Source of the DNA: Azolla caroliniana
Lineage: Eukaryota > Plantae > Polypodiophyta
NCBI GenBank assembly: GCA_043228905.1
Contig: JBHGNT010000033.1
Location: 62,001-126,000, forward strand
DNA: 64,000 nt
Direction of reading: 5' to 3'
Numbering within the stretch: position 1 is the first letter of the stretch; each line of letters begins with the position of its first letter. The position numbers and the translations under genes were made by a program. The notes under the pieces are model-generated. The model was not told the origin of the DNA. It searched no databases and worked only from the letters and a program-made list of their open reading frames with translations. Of this stretch, positions 34,201 through 46,579 are shown piece by piece.

Positions 34201-37200
34201 AAGTGAATTCTCGCCGAATTCCTTCCTTTCAGAGGTACACCGTGAAATCATCCGAGAAGTACTCCTTGCCGCCATCCGATCGAAGGCATCGTACATGTCG
34301 GCCCGTGGCTTTCTCGACTTCATTCTTAAAATTTTGGAAGTGTCCGAACACTTCGCTCTTTTGCCGCATCGGGTAGATCCAAGTGTGCCTAGAGAAGTCG
34401 TCGATGAAGAGCACGTAATATCGGCATCCGTCGAATGTAGCCGTTTGCGTTGGTCCCCATACATCGGAATGGACTACGTCGAGTAGACCTTTGCTCACAT
34501 TCCGCTCTTTCGGGAATGGGTGTCGGTGTTGCTGGCACGCTTAGCATACACCTTCAATCTCCTTCTCTTTGAATGTCGAGAGTCCGATGACGACTCCTTT
34601 CGATTTCATTGCTTTGAGTTTGTTGAGATTGATGTGGCCGATTCGCTTGTGTCATTGCTCTATGTCGGAGTCGGCTTTCGTGTTTTTCGCGAACATGGTG
34701 GATTTCATCTCGCGTGAATCGAGAATGAACATCCGGCCCTCTCTTCGTCCGCGTGCAATGAGTCGGCCCTCTTTTTCGATGAAGCAACCACCTTGATTAA
34801 ATCAAACTTGCATCCCTTGCTCTACAATTTGGCCGATGGAGACCAAATTCTTCGTAATGGTCGGTACATGCAAGACATTTTTAATGTAATTTTGCTTACC
34901 TTCTTTTCCGAACGGAACATTGCCAATGTGCCGAATCGGGTGCGTAGTGTCGTCTCCGGTTTCGACATAGCCGGGTCGGTCCGGCTCTCGAAGTTCTCGG
35001 AACCATTCTTGATGCGATGTCATATGGTTCGAGGCACCGGAATCGACGAACCATATGTCTTCCGGACCGGAGGCACTAGTTGAGGTAGCGGCCGACATAG
35101 AGTTTGCTCTATGTTTCATCATGAACATTCCGCCACGGTCGGAGTTGTGCGCATACATTCCGCCACGATCTTCGTAGTCGGAGTTGTGCCCGTACATTTC
35201 GCTACGGTCGGAGTTGTGTGCATACATTCCGCCACAATCTTCGTAGTTGGAGTGTGTGCGTAATTCGTGAGTTGTCGGCTTGTGGAAGCCGATTCACGCA
35301 TCTTCTTTCGGCACTCTTCTTCGTGGTGGCCGAGCTTTCCGCAATATCCACATTCGGTTGCGTTTTGACGGCTCGGGCCGAAGTGGAAGCTCCCCCTTCT
35401 TGCGAAGGTTCCTCATTGGCCTCCGTTTTGCGGCCGAAATTGGGAGTTGTTGTCGTAGGTCGGACCTTGTCCGCCTTGTCCTTGGCCGAATCGGCCTCTC
35501 GCTCATCCGCGTCCTCTTCCTCCATTAGAGTGCGTGTAGAGCATGTGGTCTTCCGACTCATTGCTCCTTGTGCGCTATCGTGCCTTTTGGCTCCGGAGCA
35601 TTGCGTGAGTCGGGTCGGAACCATTGGGGTTTTGGACTAGGAGGAAGGAAAATTCTAAGGCAATTAAGAATGTGAAATATATTGTGAGAAAGAAAGATAT
35701 GAAAAACTCGTGAATCCCACGAGTATAGTGTATTAGAGAGTACTCAAATTAAGAGAGAATAATAGTTAGCAAATTCGTGGATCCCACGATTATATTATAT
35801 TAATCAACCCTTGTAAAATAATCAACAACCTCTATACATCTTTCTCCCTTCCTTATATAGTGTTGGAAGAGTCTAAGTTTATCACATACAAGCATCATGC
35901 TTTTCCTATTTTTAGTTTTCATGCACATTGCATGTGCATGATTAACTTTCTATCTCATCTTTTCTTTTAACTCGAGTGTCTATGCATGAATAACTTTTTG
36001 TACCATGCATGTCTAGAAATTTTACATGGGATAAAGTTTAGTATAACTTTAAAATTCATAATACGCTAGTATAATGATAAGGCTTAACATTATTAACATG
36101 GAGGTGCAAGGTTCGAATCTTGCCCTATGCATGTAATATATATATTTTTATACTTTCTTCTATTTACAAATATGTCTCTTCATCCGATGAGAGACTCTCA
36201 CCGGCCTTCTTCATCCGGCTCTTTTCGGTTCTGCTTCATCCGGTGCTTGCTAGTTTTCTTTGTCCGGTTCTTACCGAGACCTCCTTACCGATGTCTTCGT
36301 CCGTTTCTCACCAACTCTCACCAGCCTTCTTCATCCGGCTCTTGCCGGGTCTCCTTACCGGTTTCGGTCCTTACCGGTTCCTTCTTTCGGTTCTCACCAG
36401 GTACTCCACCGGAGAGACCAAAACTGTAATTTTTCACGTAGTGTGCGAATTACACTACGACAACGCACGTGGTTTTCTTCAACCAATAGCATTGATTGGA
36501 GCTTGAAGAAGGAGGGAGATTTCTCTCGTGCTAGAATGGCGGTTCTCATTGCGCCAAACCGTGGTGCGAGGCCACCGAGGCATATTTGCACCATCTCATC
36601 ATCATCTATACTTATGCTTATTGAGTTGAGCAAGTCGCAAAGCTCCTTGATCTTCAAGGTGTATGGCGTGATGGACATGTCCCTTTGTTGAATGTTGTTC
36701 AACTCTTGGCGGAGTTGAAGCTTTCTCGCGGTCGTGTTGGCGGCGAAAATATTTCGTAGATTTTCCCACGCTTCCTTTGGCGTCTTAGCTTCTCGAATGT
36801 AACCGAGCATGTGGTCGTGAACACATGTCGCCAAACAATACATCACGCGGCTTGCGGCTTGCTCCCATGTCGCGTATCTGGGAGCCGCTTCGGCGGGTCG
36901 GTCTTCATGCGCTCCTTTGATGTAGCTCCAATAGCCTTGTCCGACAAAGTATTGGTGCATCTTGTACTCCCAAGATGCGAAGTTGTTTCGATCCAACTTC
37001 TCGGTAGGGAGAGCGCTCCCCATTTGAGTATTCATTATGTCGATTCTTCTTCTTCTTCTTCTTCTCTCTTCGAATGCAAGCTATGTAGCGAAGCTACAGT
37101 AGCTATGAGCCGGTTCTTGGTCGTCGGCGTAGAGCACAACACACGATCACGATGAGGTGAATGGGCTAGATCGAGCTACCAAATCACTCTGATACCATGT

Positions 37201-37243
37201 AAAGAATCAAGAGATGGATTCTTGTGAAGCGGAATAGGTGTGA

Positions 37244-37285
<42 letters not shown>

Positions 37286-37593
37286 AGATAGAGAGAGAGA
37301 GACATAGTATACGCAAGGTTAAGTATATTAACAAAGGAGGAAGATTCAACATAATACAAGGTGGGAGGAGGGTGTTTTATGTAGTCACCCTCTCTCTTCA
37401 TTAACTACAAGACTCATGGAGCATGGGGAATGTGAAAGCTCATAAGTTATGTGTCATAGAATATGATTCTATGACTCATACTAAATGCTAGAATACAAAG
37501 TGGTGACATAATGGTGACTCTTGACCGTTGGAGTGTCTCTTCACTCTCAAGGTGAGTTCACACACTAGACCAAGTTGAGCTTGATTCTCAACA
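31209..37593 (-). mobile_element. Ty1/copia element 'C', structurally complete but with frameshifts/stops; LTRs 31209-31586 and 37198-37593
   Basis: TSD ATCCG (31204-31208 / 37594-37598); PBS revcomp at 37186-37197; PPT revcomp at 31587-31600; gag ATG at 37035; WFVDSGAS, DVWGP, LYVDDL, RNase H to ~31815. LTR length difference is due to (TG)n. Confidence 0.95.
35576..36462 (-). mobile_element. Solo LTR (887 bp) inserted in gag of element C, with 4-bp TSD
   Basis: Termini T(G>A)TCGT...ACGACA; TSD GCGC/ACGC (35572-35575 / 36463-36466); removal restores EENHVR-TRSNE in gag; minus-strand TATA at ~35851-35860. Confidence 0.8.
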
Positions 37594-39500
37594 ATCCGTT
37601 TACATCCTCAATCGGAGCTACACAATGGCACTTCAAGGGAAAACACCCCAATAAGCTTATTCAAGCAATAAACCTTCAGAACCTTTGGGTGTACGTGCTA
37701 CGCACATGTTCCAGATGTGAGCAGAAAGAGGTTGGATGCTAAAAGCAAGAAGTGTATCTTTCTTGGATATAGTGAAGAGTCAAAGGCCTATCGACTCTAC
37801 GATCCAGAGGCAAGAAAGATGTTGACGAGCCACGATGTGGAATGACCACAACTAGTTGAGAACAACGATTCTCAAGTTATCTCATCAATCGAAGAAGTAT
37901 TCCCCCCAATCCCGACCCACTATCCAGAAAAGGAAGCCAAAGCATTTGGTGGTAATGGCTAGCTAGTTCAGCCTATGTGAATGCCACGTGTAAAGAAAAT
38001 ACCTAAGTGGGCTCAACAACTCTTTGATGACCATACTCCTAAAGTTGAGTTTCTTGAAACTTCAACTAATGGATTACGAAGATCAAGAAGAATACAGGAG
38101 CAAGGGAGAACCTCTGACCACATTGTCAACATGGCTGTGATGGTGGACATCATAGGCTTAGTGAGTGAGCCGACCTCGGTGGAGGAAGCCATGGCTGACC
38201 CGAAGTGGGGAGAGGCGATGATATCAGAATACGATATCATCATGAAAAATGACACGTGGGAGTGGGTAGAGAGGCCAACAAAGAGGAACGTGATAGGCAC
38301 CAAGTGGGTGTGGAAAGTAAAGTATAAAGTTGATGGTTCTTTGGAGAAATTTAAGGCTAGGCTAGTAGCACAAGGATACTCCCAAATTGAAGGGTTCGAT
38401 GTACAGGAAACATTTGCCCCGACAACTTATATGACAACAATTTGAATGGTCATAACGTTGGCTGCTTCAAGAGGATGGCCGATTTATCAAATGGATGTGT
38501 GCGAGCGCATGGGTGAACTACCATTGTGAGCTACTCTCATATGTAATAGAAGTTTTGTTTTCATATATCCATCTTTGTGGTTGTAACTCTATATACCTAT
38601 CTAATCGATTCTCAATATTCCCAAAATATATGCCTATGTACTAGGCTAGATTCGTAGGCCTCTAACGGCCTACCAGTTCCAATCCGGCCCGTCTCTCCGA
38701 TCCAGCTCTTGGTTCTGGATACCTATCCGGTTTATTCAGCCGATCCGGATCCGGTTGAGCTTGTCCGCTCAACAATGCATTATCGTGACGCTCGTATCTA
38801 GCACCTCACCTCGGTGATCCAACATTCGATAATCAAAAGCAAGTAATCTTGGGACCAACACGATTGCAAGCAACGTGGATTTTTGACACTCCATTGGATT
38901 CCCGCATTATCGATACCATACATGAAGACTTGAAGCTAGACGTTTTTGCTCAAGCCATTCTAGTGCAAATTGATCCCTCTCGGGCATCTTGTTCACAATC
39001 GCAACAACCAGGTACAGACTATTGACAATTTGAATGTCATGATGGATTACTATTTTTTAAGAAACTCTTGTATGTTCCCAATGGTTCTTGTCACCTTCGA
39101 GTAGTCCAAAATTGTCATGACACATATACAACCAGACATTTTGATAGTACTAAAACGTTGGCTTTAGTACAACGATAATTTTGGTTACCTTATATACGAC
39201 GATTTATCGAAGACTATGTTCAGACATGTGATACATGCTGCAGAGCAAAGATGACAAGACATCATCCATATGGTTTATTGCCACCATTACTAATTCCAAG
39301 CAAGCCGTGGCAGTCCAGTTCTTTAGATTTTATCATAGATCTTCCAGTTTCAAATGGATTTGATGAGATCTTAACAATAGTAGATCAATATACTAAGGTG
39401 TCACATTTCCTCCCTTGTACTAAGGAAATTACTAGTGAAGAAACTGCCGAAATTGTTATGAGTGAGGTATTTCGGCATCATGGCCTCCCAGATAATATCA

Positions 39501-40167
39501 GAACATGCCGCCAAACGATTCGTCCATTTTCTGTGTCGATTTTGCTCTGATACCAATTGTTGAGAACACGACGTTCCTTATGTCCGACGCTCGGCCACAA
39601 CCGAGATTCTTTTCATACACAGAAAAAACAGGTAATGTAACGCGACACAAAGAGGAGAAATGGTACACAGGAGGTTTGCGTGGAAAACCCCAAAATAAGG
39701 GAAAAACCACGGCAGCCCACAGGGCTGCAAACTGTCACTATGTAGGAATATACAACAGTGAGATCACTGAGGCAACGACCTCGTGCTCTCAGATCTTCGC
39801 CATAGGCGGCGGTTACAACAGAGGCAACGACCTCGTCTCTCTCTCACTCTCTCTCAGTACAGTTACGCACTCTTCTCTATCTTCTTGCACCAACAACGAA
39901 GAATAACAACAACTTCCACAAAAAAGTTTGCCCTAAGTCATATTTATACTAATATGACTTTTCGGCTATTTACAAATGTAGCCTCGATGGGCTCTCAGAA
40001 ACATATTTACGAATATGTCTCTTCCTCCGGTTCATACCGGGCCTACACCATCCGGCTCTCCGCAGTCGGGTACTCCCCATCCGGTCCATACCGTTTCAGC
40101 CTCGGCCGAGTTTGTTCGTCGGCACTGTTCTTCTCCCTTCCCATCCGGAGGGACCTGTCTCCCAACA
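39501..40167 (-). mobile_element. Truncated family-A copia: 5' LTR (39558-40167), PBS and first codons of gag, inserted in the Ty3 integrase
   Basis: LTR homologous to 4980-5631; PBS revcomp at 39544-39555; MDESFGGMF identical to element A gag start. Confidence 0.9.
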
Positions 40168-40972
40168 TCAATGACCTCCTCAATTCGTCTCGAAAATCAG
40201 GAAGCATCTCTTCAAAATACTAAAAGTCACTTGTGACCTCTCCTCCGGCTATCACCCTCAAACAGACGGACAAGTAGAACGAACAAATCAAACGTTGGAA
40301 CAGACGGACTGAACTGAACTATTGCCGATAGTTAAAAGCTAGGTTAGACATGAGAGACGCGGGCCAAAGCTGCACACACTTTTTGGGGATAATGATACGA
40401 TGGTGCAAATTTCCCACGAAAGTCAAAGCCATGCTTGTAGTGTCGGTTGCCACGACTCCCTCAACTCCCCTACTTAGTAGTACATATTTGGTTGCAAATA
40501 GACACGAGCCAATTGCATGTCCCCGCGTGTTATGATATATATATTATATGTATATAGCCTGTAGGACATGGAACAACCAACCCGATGGGGATAGATTTTA
40601 GTCCAGGCCTTCTGAAATGGAGTAACCATGGTTAGGCATATTAACTAGGCAGGCGTGTGACTGATTAAAAGTCAGAGAGGGAGGAGGGCGAGGGAAAATT
40701 TTGGAGCGAAACATTGAAAATGAAGATGTAACTACTAACAAGGCAAAATCTTAAAAACAAAAAGTTTGAAATTTAGAAAAACAAGGCCGCCCTCCCTCCC
40801 TTTTACTTCTATTTCTGAGAAGCCATAGCCATAGCCATAGCCATAGCCATAGCCACCACTCTCTCTCAACGATACATTTAGGGTTCAGCATCAGAGGGTG
40901 AAGATTTTCTTCACAGGGGTCGGTGATCGTGACGACGGTGGGTTCTGCAAAAGCTTTCCCTCTAGTTCAGCC

Positions 40973-43900
40973 ATGTCTTCTTCTTCTTCTGCACTTGAAA
41001 ACGTTGATCCTAATATTATGACAGTGGAAGCTTCTACCCTTCCCACTAAATCGGCAAAGAAGGGTCCTAGATCTAGAAGGAGACAAAAGAGCGGAGATGA
41101 GATACCTATTCCTGATTCTTTTCTAGAGATGCAACATGTACAAAAGAAATCAGAAGTTGGTGATGGTTATAACTTGATAAGTTCAGCGAAATCAGAGCCG
41201 GGGGACACTTGCTCTAATGATGTTCGTAAGTCTGCTAAGAGAACAGGATCCAAGCGCAAGCGGAATCACATCATTGCTTCTGATCTTGATGCAGAAGAAA
41301 GATGTTCTCTCATCAATCAGTTCCAGTCAGAGATTGATTCTCTTCTTTACTTCTTTCGTGAAGATGAAGGAAAGGCGGAGTCTAACACTGAGTCGCGTCC
41401 TAGGAGCACTTTACCTATGCTCAAGCAAAGAGCAGAAATAGCTAGTCTCGTCGAAGGCAGCAGCCTTCCATTCTCGAAGCTTGTGACGGAAATCTATGGA
41501 AAACTTAGTACTAGGGTCACTGATCCCGAATCAAGCTTTTCAATGACGTTGTGTACGTTGAGGGGTAGCATCCTTTCGATTGGAGAGCGCGTCATGTTTG
41601 GTATTCTGAATCCCGATGCAGATGTACTAGAAGATGATTCTGAACGCTGTTTATGGTGCTGGGAGGTATACCATTAAGCCACTACTTGAGTCATCCTCTT
41701 ATGTCTGGTTTCGTCCTATATATCATTTGGCCTCCTAAAAGACGTTGCTACACCTTTCATTCATTCTTCCGTACTTTCTATATCTTAATGATCTAGTTTC
41801 ACGCTTGATAAATTGCTTCGTCTATAATAATTTGCTGTTTCTTTTCGTCTCTGAAATGATAGATCACATTGGTTTCTATAATGTTTTTACACATTAAACT
41901 TATATTAAGAACATGTTTCTCTTCTTTCTGTTTCTGTGCTTAGGTGAGGGATGTAAAACTGTTTCCGGAGTCACAGCGTAGCTTGATCATGGGCAGACGG
42001 CTAAAACGGAAGAAGATTGGAGAGCGTATATCTGCTCTTTCAGGTATAGTATGGTTATCTTGACACACAATATACATCAATTCACGTTTACATCATTTTC
42101 AGACGTGGCTGCTTGCACAGTGGGTTTGATTCTATTGCTGTTTATCTCCTCGTACAACAATGTATCAAAGAAACTGAGTACTGATTAAGATGAAGTATTT
42201 GATTAGAGCATTCATTCTAAAGATAGACTTATCTATGATTATGCAGCAATTAGCACCATCCTTGCGTTAGATATTGATGATGATGGCAAAGAGCAGCACT
42301 CTGTAATGGTTTCAAAGGCTGAGGAGACTCTTGCAAAAACTGATGACGAAGCTTCAATACGCAACTCTGTGAGACAGTGGGAGCAGAAGAAGTCTACTAC
42401 TATAAGGTATGAATATGTTTAGTGCTATTATGTATCGTGTTGTAGTAATCTGAGCTAGTAGTTATCCTGTGCTGTTCATCTCATCTGTAGTGCTGGCAAA
42501 GAGGTTAAAATAAAGGAGAAAGAGGTCCTGAAAGAGAAACGAGAAATGGAGAAAAAGCAGAAACGATTGCAGAAGGATGAAGAGAGGAAGAGATTGCAGC
42601 AGGTTAGTAATAATTAACAAGACGTGGTCCTCTGTAACATTATTGATCATGTGTAAGGGTAAAAATAAATCAAAATTTATCCTTGCTTCCTCTGAAGGAG
42701 AAGGAAAGAGAGAAACTTGCAAAGGAGGCCAATAGGCGTTCGCTGAAGGAGGTAGACAATTTTATTATTATTTTGAGATATGAATTTTTTGTGAAAGCAG
42801 ACAAGATATTAATAGTATGTAGCTTTGGCATGGTACAGGAAAAAGAACTAAGAAGACAACAAGAAGAAGCCGAAAAAGAATCTAAAATGAGGGAGGCTGC
42901 AGTGAAAAAGCAATCTGCATTGTTGAAACAAGCTAATTTGATGGGCCGATTCCTTCATAGCTTAAAAAAAGATCATAAAGATGTCATGCCCCTGTTTTGC
43001 CAAGGTGTTGATGTGGCTCATGATCAACTTCAAGACACTCATGACAATAGTGAACATGACGAGTTTATACAGAAGATGGATCACGAAATGCTCAACAATG
43101 GTCAAACTGTTGAAAGTCTCTTCAAGTAAACAGAAATCTAATGAATGATAGTTGTCTACTTTTTGTGGTTTTGATTGTGATGAATGGATACATGGATTTT
43201 TTTCATCAAGTGCCTCAAGATTCTTATGTATGTCAATATTTCAGCTCTCACAAGGAATCATGGAGGGCAATGATATTCTCACAAGAGCTAAAGAAAAGGT
43301 GGGGGGAAAGGAGGCTTCCGAAAATCTGTTCATCTGCTCACAATACTCAAATTAGCTCTGGATCTAAAAGATCTCGGAAGGAATTTGAAGATGAGAATGG
43401 GTGGGCAAGTGTGGAGAAAGCAGACCATGAGTGGTGTGAGTCGGTGGTGTCACATGCTGTGGTAGATGATAATTTGCAGTGTCAGCTAAAGCCCTTGTTT
43501 TTGAGTAAAAGAAGGAAACTTTTACAGTTTGATAAGAGTTACAGACCGGCATATTATGGCTCATTCTCGAAAATGAGGTTTGGATTTTGATCATGTAAAG
43601 TAGCAAGTCTGATTTCATTAGCTTTGACAGTGGGAATTTGTTACATATTTGTTATCTGTCTGAATGCAGTGCAATTGTAAGGCCGAGGAACCCATTAAGG
43701 ATGGATCCTGCTCTTGATTATGAAAATGACAGCGATGAAGAATGGGAAGAGGTATTTTGACTGATGAATATCCAAATTACCAACAAATGCAGATAGGAGA
43801 TTTACTTTTTTATCTAGCAGCAAAGAATACTATTGTTTCCAGAAGCCTAGATTAAAAAGTGATTGGCTAGTCTTAAGATGGATCAAACATCGTTAGTGCT

Positions 43901-45439
43901 AAATATGATTTTAAAGGCCTAGTGATCAGCTTGTTGTGTACAATTTTTTGTAAAGACGATAAGTTTGAAATCCTCCTAAAAGTACATACATGTTTCTCTT
44001 ATGGTATGATAGACAGGATGTTGTTTCACTTTGTGCTTGCATGAACTCCCTTGTTTTTGTTTTGCTTTGAAATCCGTCATGAACGTGTCTTATGTTTTTG
44101 ATGTATTATCTTGCAGGAAGATCCTGGTGAAAGCCTCTCAGATTGTGATAAAGATGATGACGATGAGAAGTGTGATGCTGATGAGGATGATGAAGTGGCA
44201 GATGGGTTTGTTGTACCAGATGGTTATCTTTCTGAGAGTGAGGTAAACCGCATGTTTCCAACTCAATGGAATCAAATGGTGGATCACATGTACTTACTTC
44301 CTGAGCTATTTTGTCATGTTTCTGTTTTACAGAAAGCTCATGGTAATGATAGTGACTATGGGAGTGATATAGAATCTTTCTCTCTCGATAAAGCCACTCA
44401 AGATGCACGTGTTTCCATCTTGTCATGTGACAATGACATTGATCAAGGGATATCTAAATTTGCTAGGCAATGTAAAGCCCTACTACATTTAACAGAGCAA
44501 GGGTTGAAATGCAACCGTCCGTACATCATTTCTAACTTCCATACGAAACCATTGAATGTGGCTTTAAAATCTGTTGATCGTCTTTGCTTGGAAGCATTAC
44601 AAATCTGTTCACTCACTGAAGTTCCTGTCAAGACACCTGACAATTCTCAATTGGAAAGAAATCAAGGCGTAGAAGATGTTATGAAGCCTGATAAACAGAA
44701 AAGCAAGAGTATGCTTACTGATTCAGCAATCCGAGAAATGGTCAGATTTAACAATTTAAATGATTTTGAAAAACACCTTTGTTATGTTCATTCCAGTTTA
44801 AAACAAAGGTAGAAAAATAAAGCTTGTTGACTTTTTGATGGTGTATGTAGGCTGAAACTTTAATGTCATCTCCACATCGCCATGGATTGAAAAGGCTAGT
44901 GATTTCATTTTCAATCAAGTTTCCTTTGGTTTCAAGGTTCCAACTGAAGAGCAAAATCAAGCAGATAGCTGATTTTGTTGATAATCACTGGAAGGTAAAA
45001 TCATTATTTTCATGATCACTTTTTTCTATCTTCTGTGGTTAACTAATCTACAAGATTATCTTCCTGATCAGGTCAAGAAAGAGGTTATCGATCAACTTGG
45101 GCTGACTTTTCCTAGTGTTCAAGGTATTGTCTATGTATGTTTATCATTGGCATCCGCAAATGGAGTGTCTAAGATATTAGTGTTTTAATATCTTTTAGTA
45201 ACATTGGACGTCTTAAGATATTGATGGTAAATTATTTCTTTGGTCTCTCTTCAGTCCTTCCAAGCATTCCTGAGTCTCCCATGGTGAAGAAGAGTACCCC
45301 CATGCGACTCAAACCTATCACCAAGTTCTTTTCCAAGAGATGTCTACCTCCTGAGACTGCTGGATTAGAGGACCCTTCCCCCCACAAGAAGAAAGAAAAA
45401 GGAAGCTATGAGAACGGGATACCAATTGTGAATGCATAG
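40973..45439 (+). CDS. FAS1: Chromatin assembly factor-1 large subunit (FASCIATA1 / CHAF1A), 13 exons, ~911 aa
   Basis: Exons 40973-41665, 41944-42043, 42247-42406, 42491-42602, 42698-42751, 42839-43125, 43245-43577, 43670-43751, 44117-44242, 44333-44740, 44851-44994, 45072-45123, 45255-45439, with consistent phases. Motifs: DVLEDDSERCLWCWE, KER coil, KLLQFDKSYRPAYYG, DYENDSDEEWEEEDPGESL, GFVVPDGYLSE, ITKFFSKRCLPP. Confidence 0.95.
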
Positions 45440-46579
45440 AAGAAGGTGAAGAGAATTTTTCCTGAAACACGAACACTGTTTATAGAATATATATTCTAGA
45501 CCCTGTTAAATATTCACATAAACCTGTGCACAAAGTGGTGTTTTTTAGGGTTTGATTTGTGATTTGTTGTTGAGAAAGAGATAAAAGGAGATTGATTGAT
45601 GCTTAGTTGGTCAAAGGTGGATGTGGAGAAAATGGCGAGATGAGTGGGTATCCAGTACTCGCATGTAATTCTTGTACTATCCATCGTTTCAAACAACTTC
45701 TTGCTTTTGAATAAGTATTTCCGCAGCTGTTTTTAACATTATTTCAGTAATAAGATAAATTAGAGTCTCTAGGGGAGGGTATAAGGAAACGTAAAGGGAG
45801 ACCAATCAGATGTATGACTCAGTTGGCATCTAGCAAGTTATATATGAGCCTGGGCTCTTTTGTGTGTAACTGCAGTATGAACTCTAGAAAATAATACAAG
45901 CTCTTTTGTTAATAACTAGATAGTCATTACACCATGTACCTCCATTGTTACCCCAAAAAGCATGATGGTGAAGAAAATAAGACAGGTGATTGATATTTGG
46001 AAACCAAAATGAAACTGGTACTTCAGAATATCTGAGAAAATTGTAGAGCTAGATTGTGTTTAATCAATAGGTAAAAAAATAGACTTTGAATGTGTAGATG
46101 TGCTGCTCAAGAACTCGGCAAAGGAATTCTCAAGTGTAAGATTATAGTGCAAGGACACATGTTGCCACAATGACAGGTTCACTCAAATTAGTGAGTTCTT
46201 TGAGAATGATGTAGACAACAATGATCATGTTGAGAACTAAACAAACTCAGAAAGTACAAACTAAACAAACTCAGCAAGTAAAGCATAAACATGAAAGAAG
46301 TTAGAGATTTCCACCAATACATCTCTCGAGAAACACTGATGTGTCACCCAAAGTTAGCTCTAACCTTGAGCTAGATTCAAGTGTGAGATTTATATGAAGA
46401 CATGTGAGACCAATCATTGATAATGACGACTTCATTCAAATTAGTAAGTTGGTTATCTAACACAACTCTAGTGGCACCAATTGGGTGCAACCTTTTTAAC
46501 CAAATTGTAGTTAGGTCATGACACTCCTAGAATGAACTTCACTATTGTAGATCTAACCAACTTTGGGCCCTCATCCATT

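Larger units (their letters stand above)
29302..38620 (+). mobile_element. Degenerate Ty1/copia element 'D': 5' LTR 29302-29944, PBS, gag-PR-IN-RT fragments, partial 3' LTR ~38498-38620
   Basis: TGTTAGA...TCTAACA LTR; PBS TGGTATCAAAGC (29945); CFYCDKNGH, WILDSGAS, KARLVAQGY. RT is truncated at QMDV and fused to the distal LTR. Confidence 0.88.
29094..38774 (-). mobile_element. Solo LTR (family 'E'; pieces 29094-29301 and ~38620-38774) split by nested elements
   Basis: TSD ATGCA (29089-29093 / 38775-38779); TG...CA ends; both pieces align with the LTR at 57646-57962. Confidence 0.8.
27640..40305 (+). mobile_element. Degenerate Ty3/gypsy element of Tf1/sushi (Tcn1-like chromovirus) type: gag, protease, RNase H end, integrase; RT deleted; hosts nested insertions
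   Basis: Gag (ALAWFALLLEK...IRRLRQG...RRGPLLEEEKQRRRANRLCLY...GHVAINCP), protease (AFLDSESNSCF) and SDHKNL...GKADA|LS across TSD ATGCA. Integrase (CDTCCRAK, PWQSSSLDFI, HGLPDNI|IND, YHPQTDGQVERTNQTLEQ) lies at 38780-40305. Confidence 0.85.
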
